A stretch of DNA of 64,000 nucleotides from assembly GCF_036321535.1 (NCBI RefSeq), contig NC_087436.1:72108001-72172000 (forward strand). Reading direction: 5' to 3'. The translations under genes were made by a program, and so were the position numbers. The notes under the pieces were generated by a model. That model saw nothing but the letters and a program-made list of their open reading frames with translations, was not told where the DNA came from and ran no database searches. This DNA is from Camelus dromedarius (lineage: Eukaryota). Of this stretch, positions 38,236 through 50,728 are shown piece by piece (within the stretch, counting starts at the first letter, position 1; each line of letters opens with the position of its first letter).

Positions 38236-41200
38236 TCTGGTGTGTTTTTCTCATGCACATACACACATGCACATACATACACACTAACATACTGTTAACT
38301 GGAAAGTGAGAGAAATACTTAGATCACAGTGTGTTTCTCACACAATCCTGCTGCAGGGATAGAAACAGAACAGAAAGAAGGAGGAAAAAAAGAGATGTGG
38401 GTATCATTAGATTGGGTCATTTTATATCCTGCTAAATCACTCTTCAAAAATATTTAGAGATGATTGCAACTTGAAGGAAATACAAAAAGAGCATGAAATT
38501 GCCTGATTCTGCCACTGCATGACCCAGTTGCCATGGGCCACTCATCTCAGCTTATTTCAGAGCCTTCTAGCTTATCAGGTGTCTGAGGCTGCACTGGAAG
38601 CATAGGCTACACAATGATGCAAGAAAGGAAGCCATGTGGCTGCACAGCGAGGGGACTCCCAGCAAGAACCTAGCTAGGAACTGCCTCAACAAGGAAGCCA
38701 CACGTTCACAAGATTGCAGCATGATAACTTGCTTTTCCAATGTATAAAACTTAAAATAACTATATTTTACATTTGGGAATTTTGCCATAGAGCCCTTAAT
38801 AAATGCTGACAATAATATTAATTCTCTGGGAAAAATCCCAACATTTTTCTTGAACTTAAAGAATAAACCATCATTTCCTGTTTAAACTGAGAAACATTTA
38901 ATTGTCCTTTTATGAAAGTAAGGAGTTTAGAACTTTGACTGAAAAAAATTTTGTTGTTGTCGTTGTTGAGAAAAAGAAGATAAAGGAAGAAAAATTCCCT
39001 TCTAAAGTTCCCCTAAAAATTTAATTAAAGCAACGCTGTTATGACGCACAGGTCATTTAAACCTTTTATACTGTTGTTGAATTTTTTAAAAGCCTCACCC
39101 TTCTGCAATTATTGCGTATTTTGTACTTAAGTTGACTTTTGAATCAGGCTGTGGTTTGTCCTAATGACTGGGATGAATGGAACACAAAACTGTTTTTACA
39201 ACTTGAACAATGAAAAAATTCTGTTAATTTAAAAGTGATAAAATAATTTCTATTTCTAATGCATTTGATTTTTCTCTGAGAGACAATTTCTTATCTTCAA
39301 TATGGACTGATTTTCAATAGTGTAATGGCCAGGGGAAAGCATTCAGCTTAGTCAGACACTGAAAAATTACTAGGATGTGAGAGCAGTCTGGCTGGGGTAT
39401 CCGTCACCCCACTGGCTAGGCGTTGTCCCCTTCCTCCCTCTGTCCTCCATGCATGTCCCTCCTGAAGCTGTGTGCTCCCCTAGGTCAAAGAGGATGACCT
39501 TCCCTGACACGGGAGGACCCATCTTTGGTCAGGGTATATGAGCAGCTGTGCTCCCTACTCAAACCACCCAACCAGCTCTCAAGGTCCATTTGTCCGAGAA
39601 TGTGAGGCAGTCATGCTTTCAAGACTCCAGACACATCCGAATGAGGCACTATATGTGGCCGTCTGCCTTTCTTTTGGAAAAACGGACAAGAAAAAAGAAA
39701 AATTACTTTGAGCCAGGCAGGGGTAGAGATGATCATACAAAGACAAATAAGACAATCTCTGCACTTAAGGAACTAAAAACCTACCACATCAAGATGGACT
39801 CCCTTCAGTCTTCTCTGCCAAAGGAGGGAAGAGATTTCAAAACACACATACTTTCCAAATTCAGTGACAGAAAGAAACACAGGGCATAATGGTGTTTTGA
39901 TAGATTTTAAGAGGTGGGAGGCGCAATTGTTTTTGTAAACAAATGTACCCTTTAAATGAATAGAGAATCATTTTCTAATAAATGAAATGAGCAGTAGTCA
40001 TTCTCTCAGCCTAAATGGTACTACCCTTGAAAACTGACAACTGTGTGCAAAACATAAAGAAATTCGATGGAATATGACAATGATTGTTGTTTTTCTAAAT
40101 ATGACATTTAGCCAATTTGATCTGTATTCCATTCTGTTTCTCCATTCCTTCTCCCCGACACACGCACTTCTTAATACCCTATAGGACATCTCTTCAAGTT
40201 TCAGAAAAGAATTAATAAAATAATAGTAACAATAATAATAATGCATGAAAAATTTAATTCCATGTGAGAAGAGCTTATAAGCAATTAAGGTCAAGTTAGC
40301 AGTTGAATGGTACTAAAGGTCAGGTTGTAACATGGACATTCTTTAAGGATGTATTGTAGTGGTGACCATAAACCTGGACTATTTGGTTTGATTCCCAGAT
40401 AGAATACATGAAATTAAGAATTTGCTGGGAAATCGTGGACATATGGATGCTGAACAACAGAATCCTTGGTAATGCAGACTGTATGTGGTATGTTCTGTTC
40501 CTGTACTACTTGCCCTGTTCCTAAAGGACCACATACTGAGAGCTCCATCACCTCACATACATTCAAACCATCCTGTTGCTCATAGCACATAGTTGGCTTA
40601 GCAGTCATACTGGAGGTAACAAAATGTGTGTGTACTTTTTTTTTAAGTTTTTCATTTAAAACATGTCATACATAATGGCAGACTTAAAATGTTATAAATT
40701 AACTATTGTTTTTCTTAGAAGAATTCATGATTGCTTTCTGTCCCACCTTTAACAACTCCAGCTACATCTGGGTCATATATTCTAAACACTGATGTTTGTA
40801 TAATTTCAGAAAACAAGATATAGCTGAGTCTGTGTTGGTTACAAAATGCAGCTCCTGGAGTATATCCTCTTTGTGACTTCCGGGGGTAAATTCTTGTGAC
40901 ATCACATAGATCACAGCATACTGGCAGAACTAGGTTAAACACTTAAGTAATGGAATCACATATCTTCTGGGTAGTGTCTGCTCATTAGTTAGAATAAATG
41001 CTTATCTGGGATCAATGTCAGTCTATCTGAACCACTTTCATTTAGGCTATATATTTTTTCTAATTTCCACAGATAGTCATTCTTTGCTTTTGATGGCCAA
41101 TATTCTGCAGTTTTGCTGCTTTACTTTCTGTTGGTCCAACAATCCCAGGACTCTAGAGGAGTAGTTCCCAAATTTTTCCCACATAATGATCTAGTTTTTC

Positions 41201-42084
41201 TGTTTAAATTTTATCGAGATAAAGTTTATACATAATACAATGCACCCATTTTAAGTGTACAGTTTTGAGTTTTAATAAATATACACACCCTATAACCACC
41301 ACAGCAATCAAGATACAGAATATTTCCAGCATCCCCATATTTTCCCTCCTTCCCCTTGTAGTCCCTCGCTCCTACTCACAGGCAGGTACTGATCTGCTCC
41401 TTACTGCGTATAGACAATTTGCTTGTCTCAAAACTGCACCTATGTAGTAACTACAGTGATATTACTTAGCTAGTACTTGGAATTGCTGCAGGTTCTGATG
41501 AAGATTTATTCTCTTACTTAGCAAATGTTTATTAAGCTTCTACCACGCATCAGACATTTCCTGCCTATCTTTGCAGGTGATGATGGTGAAAATGGAGACA
41601 ATTTCACAACTAGATTTCACAGGTGAAATTTATATTATTGCCAATACGCAATGGGAAAGTTAAGGGAAGGGAATACTCTGAGTACATTTCTTTAACTCTC
41701 AGTTTAGACAATTGGATTTTTTTTTATCAAGTATTGAGTCTTACTGAGCATAGCTAATATATAATAAACTGTACAAAATTAAAGCATACAATTTAATAAG
41801 TTTTGACATATGTGTGCCACCATGGAACCATCATCACACTCAAGATAACCACCATGTCTATCAATCACCCGCAGAAGCATGCTCATGTCATTTGTAATCC
41901 TGCTCCCCATTCTGTCCACATGAGAATCCTAATTGTTCCACATCTTCACCAATGCTTGGTATGGTTAGTCTTTTTAATTTTAGCCATTCTATTAGATATA
42001 TAGTGGTATTTCATTGTGGCTTTAATTTGCATCACCCTAATGGTTAATGAGGTTGAGTATGTTTTATGGGGTTTTTTTGAGTAT

Positions 42085-42895
42085 ATTTTTGTGATTATTT
42101 GAAGGAATTTTCCCAATTCTTTAACACTCTTCTGATAAGACCAGTGGTGATGTTGACAAATGTGATTCTCTGATATTATACAAAGAAGTGTTTTAACATT
42201 TGGAAGATCTGTGTAAGTCAGTAAGCCAGTATTTTCCAAATGACCAGTACAATAACGTCACAGAATCTTGCATGGGTAAAAGAGCCATCCAAAGTGCAAA
42301 ACAGACCCGAGGATTTTATTGTATCAAAATATAAAAAGTTCATTGATATAATTTTAGATTCCACATTGCAACTAACTTTTAAGGAATTACTACTTGTTGA
42401 ACTTTGGTGTATTATCAAAAAAGATTACCCGCAATTACCTAAACATTCTAAAAAGGAGAAGCTGTTAAGATACTCCTCATTCCAACTGTGTGTATATATG
42501 TATATATGTGTATGTATATATATATATAAAACTATATATATTTGAAATATATACATGTCACAATTATAACAGTTTGAATGCAGAAACAGAGATGAGAATC
42601 CAGATGATTTCCACTGAGCTAGACATCAGAGACATTTGCAAATTATCAAACAATGGCACTCTCTTCTCTAGCTGTTTTTGTTTTGGAAAATATGGTTCTT
42701 TTTCATAAAATATGTTATATAATTTATATGTAATGAGTTTATTTTTTAAATAAATAGGTAAATCCAAATTTTTTCTCAGTTTTAATTTCTAACATGGTCA
42801 ACATTGATAAATATAATCTACACAAGCAAAAGTTCTTTGGTTTTGTAAAGTGTAAAGGGAGGTCCAGAAATAGGGGAAAAAAAGAGAACTGCTGA
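42085..42895 (+). mobile_element. hAT-Charlie (Charlie1-like) DNA transposon 3' part with decayed transposase C-terminus
   Basis: ORF pieces WVKEP...DSTLQLTFKELLLVELWCIIKKDYPQL and LNAETEMRIQMISTELDIRDIC resemble the hAT dimerisation region; interrupted by a TA/TG repeat at ~42487-42540. Confidence 0.85.
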
Positions 42896-44344
42896 CTGGA
42901 AACAAACAGACAGGTGGAACTTTTTTTTTAATTTTCATTGCTTTTTGATGACTTAGATTTAATCCTCAGAAGCAAACTAAATGGAAAGTTTACAACAGAA
43001 AAAAATTACATGTCAGTGCCTTTTGCAAACTGAGCCGTGACAGAGAGGAACTGGCGCTGCCCCTCAACCTGACACCTTCCAAGCAGACATCCACAGTGCC
43101 CCTGGCAGTCTGGCTCTGGGAAGGGGGAGGCTCTGTGTGTTGAGGTCGCCTTGCCCACCGCTCACCCCGGCCAGCAGTCAGGAGCTCCGCCTTGCTGAGT
43201 ATTAGATATGGGACTAGTCAGCATTCAGCTGGTGTGTTAAATACGCATGTGGATGACATTGCTCAGAAAAAGTCTTCAAAGGGAAAAGAAAAAACTATAA
43301 TTAAATCTTGAGATTTAGTTTCTTAACCTGTCCGAGTCTCCTTCATCTACAAAATGTGAATAATATCCTATGCATTGTTGTAAACGGATTAGCATTTGAA
43401 AAACACTTGGCAGAAAGAAGGCACTTAATAAATGATATTTACTTTTTATTTTTCTTCTGAGAGATGATATAGAATTAGTTTCTTAGATGTTTTCCAAGTG
43501 CCTGTTTAGTCAGGGGCTCTTAGTTTTCTATCTGCAGGAGTAAGCAAGGAGGGCAGTAGAGGGGGAGGGACAGGGGAAGCCTGGGACAGGGGAAGAGGAG
43601 AAAGAGTGGTGCAAACCAAAGCCACTGATGCCTAGAGAGGTGGATGGAGAGACAACTACAAGAGAAGACAGGTAGACAGGACAGGGTGCCTCCACGAATT
43701 CAAAAGTTGATAAACTTTGCATTGTCATACAGTTTTGCAATTGTTCTTATTTTGTTGTTTGCCAGACTCCATTTCCTTGGCATCTCTTTTTAGGTTATTA
43801 ATTTAAAATTGATTTCTTTTCCCAAAATGTCATGGATTTGTTGGAGGCAGCACACACAGGCAGAAAGAACTAGGTTTGACTCTCAGCTCTGCCAATTTGG
43901 GCAAATTAATTACTGTAATTTATATTACTGAGTCCCTACAATGTCCCTGATATTTCAGTCATTTCTGATGATATGGTGGTGAGCAAAGGCATCTGTAATC
44001 CTTGCTCAGAGTATCAAGTGGAAGACAGACATTATTTAAAAATGACACCAATGAATATATAATTACACACTTAGATAAGTTCTAAACTGTGTTATAATTT
44101 AAAGGGGATTGGGGGAAGAGCATTATAGTCAGAAGGAACAGCATGTGCAAAAGATCTGGGGCAGGGGACAGCAGGCAACATGAAAAGATTGAGAAAAATC
44201 AAAGGGAGCTGGATTGGAGACAGTCAAGGAGAATGCAGAAGCCTCAGTTTCCTTGTCTATAAACTGGAGCTAACACTGTGTAGGACTATCTCATGGATTA
44301 GTGAGAACATAGGATACTGTCCAACCAATAGTGGCTAGTCGTTA

Positions 44345-44940
44345 TAATACAGGAAAATGGAGCGTGAGAGGATGATCATGCCCCAGGTCTCTGTCCCAGG
44401 GTGCAAGTGAGTCCCTGGGATGTGTCTCTCCAAGTGAGGGTCCTTGGCTTCACTCAGGAAAGAATTCAAGAGTGAGCCATAGTAGAGTAAAACTAGATTC
44501 ATTCAGAGAGATGCACACTCCATAGGCAGAGTGTGGACCATCTCAGAAGGCAAGAGAGTGTGATAGAAGAGCCTAGGAGATGCAAATTCCATAAGCAGAA
44601 TGAAAGCCATCTTAGAAGAAAGAGTAGCCCTGAGGTGCAAGGGTTGTTAGTGTTTATGGGCTCAGTAACTTCACATGTTAACAAGTGGGAGGAGTATTCC
44701 AACTACTTTGGAGAAGGGGCTGGGACTCCCAGGAATAGGGCCACCACCCACTTTTGGACCTTTTATGGTCAGCCTTGAAACTGTCATGGCAATTGTGGGA
44801 GTGCCACTTAGCATGCTGTTGTATTACAATGAGTGTATAATGAAGCTCAAGGTCTTCTGGGAGTTGAATCTTCCACTACTGTGCTAATTGCTGTGTCATT
44901 TTTTTAATGGTTGTGCCCTGCCCCCTTCCCTCATGTCTCA
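44345..44940 (-). mobile_element. ERV1 solo LTR, MER41-like
   Basis: Reverse complement begins tgagacatgagggaagggggcagggcaca and ends ccattttcctgtatta; visibly homologous to the LTR at 50095-50728. No clear TSD. Confidence 0.85.
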
Positions 44941-45639
44941 GATGGTGGCTACAATTAATATTATGTAATTGCTGCAGAGATGAAGACATTTCTCTAGTCA
45001 ACCTTGTCTTTAACATTGTAGTTGCGCTCAGCCTTCACGATGGACCACTGACAGATAACTACACCTCTGCCCCTGCACGGCTTAGCAGACCTGTAGCTTC
45101 CGGAGAAGGCGGGGTGTTTTCTTTTGGTCTTGCACTGTGTGAGATGCCTGTCAGTGAGCAGAGGAATGTCAGAAAGGCATGGTTGAAAGGAAAGAGGGAA
45201 GAGGTCAAAGAAACTCGATGTTCTAAATCCTTTTTCCTCTGACATGTCTTGAAATGTGACATTCCATTCCCCTAATCTGTCATTTTCTATCCTACAGGCA
45301 AAGGTTCCAAACTCTCAACATGTTCCTTCAAGCAAAGGTCTGAACAAGGAAACTAACTGTAGAAAAATCTGTTTTGCCTGTTTTGCCCCTCCTTCCAACA
45401 TATACACAAGCACACCTGTATACATATATAAATGTGAATAAACACACATACACACATAAGGTCTTCATGATCTTGGTGTCAAGATGTGAATAAACTTCTT
45501 AGGGTGTTGTATACAATTTAAAAAGGCTTTGAATTAAATGATGCTTTCAAATACTGTAGCTATTAAGGGCAATAGACAAAGGGAAGAGTGTTTTAATTTC
45601 TACAGCATCTTTCTCTTCACTGCCTCACTCACAAATCTA

Positions 45640-46145
45640 AAGAATGAAGTAGAGACTTCCGGCTTCTGGGCTAGTGTGTCAGGAGCTTGGAAGTCACCAC
45701 TCTGTCCTAACAAGTAAAATGCTGAACAGACTGAAAATGCAACAGCTCTTCTTAGATCTGTAAAAGACATGAGGTCACAAGGCCAACCACTTCGCTCCCA
45801 AACTGGGGAGACCCACAGGCAAATACAGAGATCACAACTTTCTCCCCCTGCAGGGGAGGGAAAACTGAGAAGCATTTGTGAAGTTCACAGTGGAGATTCA
45901 CAGGCTCGCTGAGAGACGGAGACCTAATCTTAGACTAAAAATACTCCTCCTCCCCCGACGCCTCACCCCCACTTTGCTGAAGGTCAGTTACCTCAGTTCT
46001 TTTTCATCGGTAAAACACGTCCTGTTATCAAGAAATAAAACTACAAGGCAGTTTGAAGAGACTGCACAAGCATGAGAACCAGAGTCAGATATGGTAGGAA
46101 AGTTGGGACTATCAGACCAGAAATTTAAAAAAAAATGTGATTAAG
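45640..46145 (+). mobile_element. Old L1 5' UTR fragment
   Basis: gacttccggcttctgg...ggagcttggaagtcaccact...gctgaacagactgaaaa...ggactatcagaccagaaatttaaaa resembles ancient L1M 5' ends. Confidence 0.6.
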
Positions 46146-46147
46146 AA

Positions 46148-46580
46148 GTTGTGGTGTATTTATACAATGGAATATTATTCATCCATTAAAAAGAATAAAA
46201 TAATGCCATTTGCAGCAACATAGATGGACCAAGAGATTATTACATGCAGTGAAGTGAGTCAGACAGAGAAAGACAAATATCACATGATATCACTTATATG
46301 TGGACTCTAAAAAAAGATAGACACAGACAAAAAACAAACTTATGGTTACCAAAGGGGAAAAGATGGGGAGGGATAAATGAGGAGTTTGGGATTAACAGAT
46401 AACATAGTACTATTTATAAAATAGATAAAAGACAAGGACTTACCCGATAGGACAGGGAACTATATTCAGTATGTTGTAATAACCTATAATGGAAAAAGAG
46501 TATCTACATGTATAACTGAATTATTTTGTTGTATATCAACTATACTTCAATTAAAAAATTAAAAAATAAAATAAAATAAA
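46148..46580 (+). mobile_element. L1 3' end (ORF2 end, 3' UTR, A-rich tail)
   Basis: gtggtgtatttatacaatggaata...aaataatgccatttgcagcaaca...tatacttcaattaaaaaattaaaaaataaaataaaataaa. Confidence 0.88.
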
Positions 46581-48576
46581 ACATTAAGAAGAATAAAGTC
46601 CCTTCCCCTTTCCTGTAATCCCTCAAGTCTGTTGACAAACTCTTCCCCCCATTACAAATCCCCTACAAAGTTAACTCTGTGGCTCTGTCTACCAGTTCAG
46701 CAGATAAATTGACTAAATTCTCCCTGAGCTGCTGAGTCAGGCACCATCAAATATATATATTTTGTGTTTTGTAATGCACTGTGTTATAGATGTTAATAAC
46801 AGAGAGTCTGCAAGAAAATAGAACACTTGCTGCCATTCTAATAAGTTTAGATCAACGTTTTAGGGATGAAAGTAGCCAACATTCTGAACCTGTAGTAGGC
46901 TGATTTTTTTTCAATACAACTTTGTTATTTAAAAAAATTCAAATATACAGAAAATTGAAAGACTTTACAGTGAATATCCATATACTTACTGCATGGATTC
47001 AGCAATGAACACTTCAGTACACTTGATTTTTAAATTGTATATCTTTCCATCTATCCATTCTTCATCATCGTCTTATTTTTTGATCCATTTAAAGTAAATT
47101 ATAGAAATCAGTTTTTTTTACCCCTAAACATCTTTGAATGCATATTGTTAGCATTATTAACTAGAGTTCAATATTTATGTATAAACCAATATTGTTTCTT
47201 TTTTTAGATATAATGAAATGCACAAATCCCCAGAAATTCCCATGAAGAAAGGGAGAAGGTTGAGACTAGAAGTAGATTAAGCCAGTGGTTCTGAAACTTC
47301 AGTTACACAGGGGATGCTTATTAAAAATGTAGATTCCTCATTACCACCACCATCAATGCACAGAGTGTGAATGTCTTAAGTCTAAGGCAGTTTAAGAAAC
47401 AACATTTTAAATAAACACCCAGATGATTCAACTATGGGTAATCAGGGGACCCACCCTGAGAAATATTTGATTGAATAACTTGCCCAAGTTCACCTAGATA
47501 ATAGCATACACGGACTAGAACCATGTCTAACTCATGAAAATACATTCTTGAGTGCCCGATTTGTTCAAGCAGCGTCCTAGGCTCTGAAGAGGCAGTGGTT
47601 CACAGGGTAGATTGAATCACCCAGGCCCTTTCAGCTATAACATGCTGTCTCTTTCTAAATGAGTCTGATGAAGATTTCTTGAGATGAATTGTGCTTTGTG
47701 GTGCTTCAATCTTAGCCACCGTTATTAAAGAAAATGATGATTATGGGCATCAATTACAGGCAACCATCTGAAAAAGAAAATGGCAAAAGCACTTTCTCTA
47801 AGGCCATTCAATTAAATACAATTCAAATCTATATCATAAGATATAACTCAGTTTAATGCAATTCAATACTATACATTACAGTGCAATACAGCAAAAAACA
47901 AAAACAAAAAACAACACACAAAAATGCATTCCAACCCAGTGCAGCATCTCACTGCAGCTGCAGTGCCATGGCGTTCGTGGAGACTGGGCTCAGGTCTTGG
48001 GCTGTGGTGCTCTCCAGTGGCAGAAACTGAAATGCTTTTTGTGGCGGCTAAAGAGTCACTTCCCACTGAATGAGAACTCTCGGCAAACATCTGCTAGCAT
48101 GGAAAGGAGCCGAAATTCAGCTGTTGGCTTTATTATACAGCAAAGGTCACGGAATAAGAGACTTTAAGCTGCCACTTGAACTGCTGATGGAGTAACTAAT
48201 TGTGCTGTCCATGCTGCTGATTGCCTTCACCATATTCTTTTGATTCATGACATATAAAGGGAGAATAGTAACCAACCTTTTCTCCAGCCTGAAGATAGGA
48301 AGCTGCAGTGGCAAATGTAGGAGGAGGGTTAAAAACTCTATAGAGGACTAACAAAATAGAAATATAAAAATAAAATATATAATAGAATATAATAGAAATA
48401 GAAAAATCTGTATTGTAGAGTCATCTTCCCCCCGTGGTTGGAGAGCAGCTATCCTATTTGGAGATAGCAAAGAGAATGTTGATGAAGAAGAATTCCATGT
48501 TCTACAACATGTACATGCATATTCATAGTTTTTAAATTCATATTTATTGAGCATCTACTCTGCTTCAGGTCACATG

Positions 48577-48578
<2 letters not shown>

Positions 48579-48609
<31 letters not shown>
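48579..48609 (+). repeat. (AC)15 microsatellite
   Basis: Read directly. Confidence 0.95.
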
Positions 48610-48610
<1 letters not shown>

Positions 48611-50094
48611 CCACTGTATCTGAATGTTAGGCTCCTTTTCCTCCCTGACACATTTGCTGAGGATAATGAAAGCTTTCGTGATGCCAGGCACGTGTTAAGT
48701 ACCAGTGGAGCTCATGGTCGTGGGTTGACTCCTTCACCTCCTTTGCGGAAAGTGTGTCCTCTGATTGAATGTGGTATTATGTGGGCCCCCACATCAGTGG
48801 AGTCCACTTAGGTGCCTCTTGACACTCTCTTGCCCCTGTTTTGATGGAAAATAGAGAAGTATGGTAATCCTGGCTTGAGAGGATCATGGTGATCAGGCCT
48901 TTAGGCTCTTAGAGAACCAGGAACCTCTAAGACAAGCAGAGGTGCCAGATGAAGAGACAGGAAATCTACAATGGATATTGAAGGGGGAGACTGTGTCAGG
49001 TGCAATTCCAAGATCAGTGCTAGTGGTGGGAACTGTGGTTCTTCCCACTTAATTTCCTTACCCAAACTTCCCCCAGAAAGAGAGATTCCAAGAATCCTGG
49101 AAGAGCTGCTCCCTGTATTTGTGTGAGGAAGTAGATGCAGGCAGTGCTGAGGGTGGACTGCAGTGGACATAACTGTACCCCATGTTCTCCTCCATCGCCT
49201 GGGCTACTGGACTACTGTGAGCAGTTGGCCTTCAACTCAGACCCCTCAGCGATTGCTCCAGCGCCACGGAGAGCTGACCTCACCCGAGGTTGTCCCCTCT
49301 GGGCTCTGCCCACATCCACTGACTGATAAGGTAGAGGTATAAAGAACCATTTGACTCCAAGCAGGACAACTCTGATGGGTCATTGCGGCTCCAGTGATGA
49401 TCACTGAAGTTAAGACTTAGTAGACAAGCTAGAGGACTTAGACACAAATTTATTTAAAGCTTCTGCTATTGTTTGAATTAAGATCCTATTAAATTTTGAT
49501 TACCATTAATAATTTTGATGGTAACATCTTAAGCATGACTTTTTCTCTTATTAAAAAAAAATCCATAAAATAAAGTCTCAGGATCAGTATTATTAACTCA
49601 AGCACATTTATATTTCTCTACCTCCTGACTGCTGGCATAATTGCTTTTCAAAAGGGGCATGCAGGTTTGCTGTGGCATACATCAAAATCTATGTTTCTGT
49701 ATAGCCCATGCTTTGTAAATAACTCCAGCTCAGGTATTTGTGGACTCTTAAAAATTCTGCCCAATTTTTTTTTCATGTGTAAAGAAATTTTTTTTCAGTT
49801 AATTTTGAAACTTTGTGTTGACAAAGTCTAAAAAATTTATCTGAATTTGAATAACTCAGATGAGAAATTTTATCAACTTGCTCTAATGAAAGTGCCTGTT
49901 AATAAAAAAATTTCCTACTCACTTACCTTATAACTTTTAACATATATGTACCAGTATATATATTTACATATTTCTTCTTTTAAACAATTTTACCATAGAA
50001 ACGTTTATGCAGAGATGACAATCCAGTTTCTGTTTGTCTGGTGCACTTCTTGTCATTTGATTGCATGGCATTTTGAAACGTTGAGGTTTCCTCC

Positions 50095-50728
50095 TGAGAC
50101 AGGAAGGGGGCAGGGCACAGCTATTCAAGGAATGCTACAGCAATTAACATCAAAATGGTGGAAGATTCAACCCCTAGTAGGCCTTGAGGCTCAGGATGGT
50201 GGGAAATTTGACTTCTAGTAGAACTTGAGCTTCATTTTAGGCCCATTGTAATATATTAACATGGTGAATAACATGCCCACAGGTGCCATGGCAGTCCCAA
50301 GACTAGCCACAGAAGGTCAAAGAGTGGGAAATGGCCAACTTCCTGAGAATCCCAGACCCTTCTCCAGGCTAGTCAGACTGGTCCTTCCATTTATTAGCAT
50401 ATGAAGCCACTGAGCCCATAAAAACTGGCAGCATGGTGCCTCGAGGTTGCTGCCTCTCTGTCAGTTTGGAGACTGCCCACACTCTGTCTGTGGAGTGTGT
50501 ACCTACTTATACTCTAATCTGAGCACCCAATCCCCACACCTCGTGGTCTTTCTCTTGCCTTTCAATGTATCTCTCTGAATAAATCTACATTTACTCAACT
50601 GTGGCTTGCTCTTGAATTCTTTTCTGTGCGAAGCCAAGGACCCACACTTGGCGGGGCACATCTCAGGGGCCCAACCGAGACCTGGGACACAGTCCTTCTC
50701 ACGCCCCACATCCATTTTTCCTGCATCA
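50095..50728 (+). mobile_element. ERV1 solo LTR, MER41-like, with 4-bp TSD CTCC
   Basis: TG...CA termini (tgagacagg...cctgcatca), CTCC at 50091-50094 and 50729-50732, TATA-like cataaaaa near 50417, AATAAA at 50578-50583, and gaattcttttctgtgcgaagccaagga U5 motif. Confidence 0.92.

Noticed and set aside
39482..39500. Perfect nuclear-receptor half sites AGGTCA-N7-TGACCT
   Set aside because: The spacing does not match the classical IR0/IR1/IR3 elements, and there is no supporting context.
42240..42708. Possible domesticated hAT transposase (ZBED/Buster-like)
   Set aside because: Only a frameshifted C-terminal remnant broken by a microsatellite.
44941..50094. Possible proviral internal region between the two LTRs
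   Set aside because: The LTRs are inverted, the right one has its own TSD, and the interval holds L1, MER and unique DNA with no recognisable gag/pol/env.
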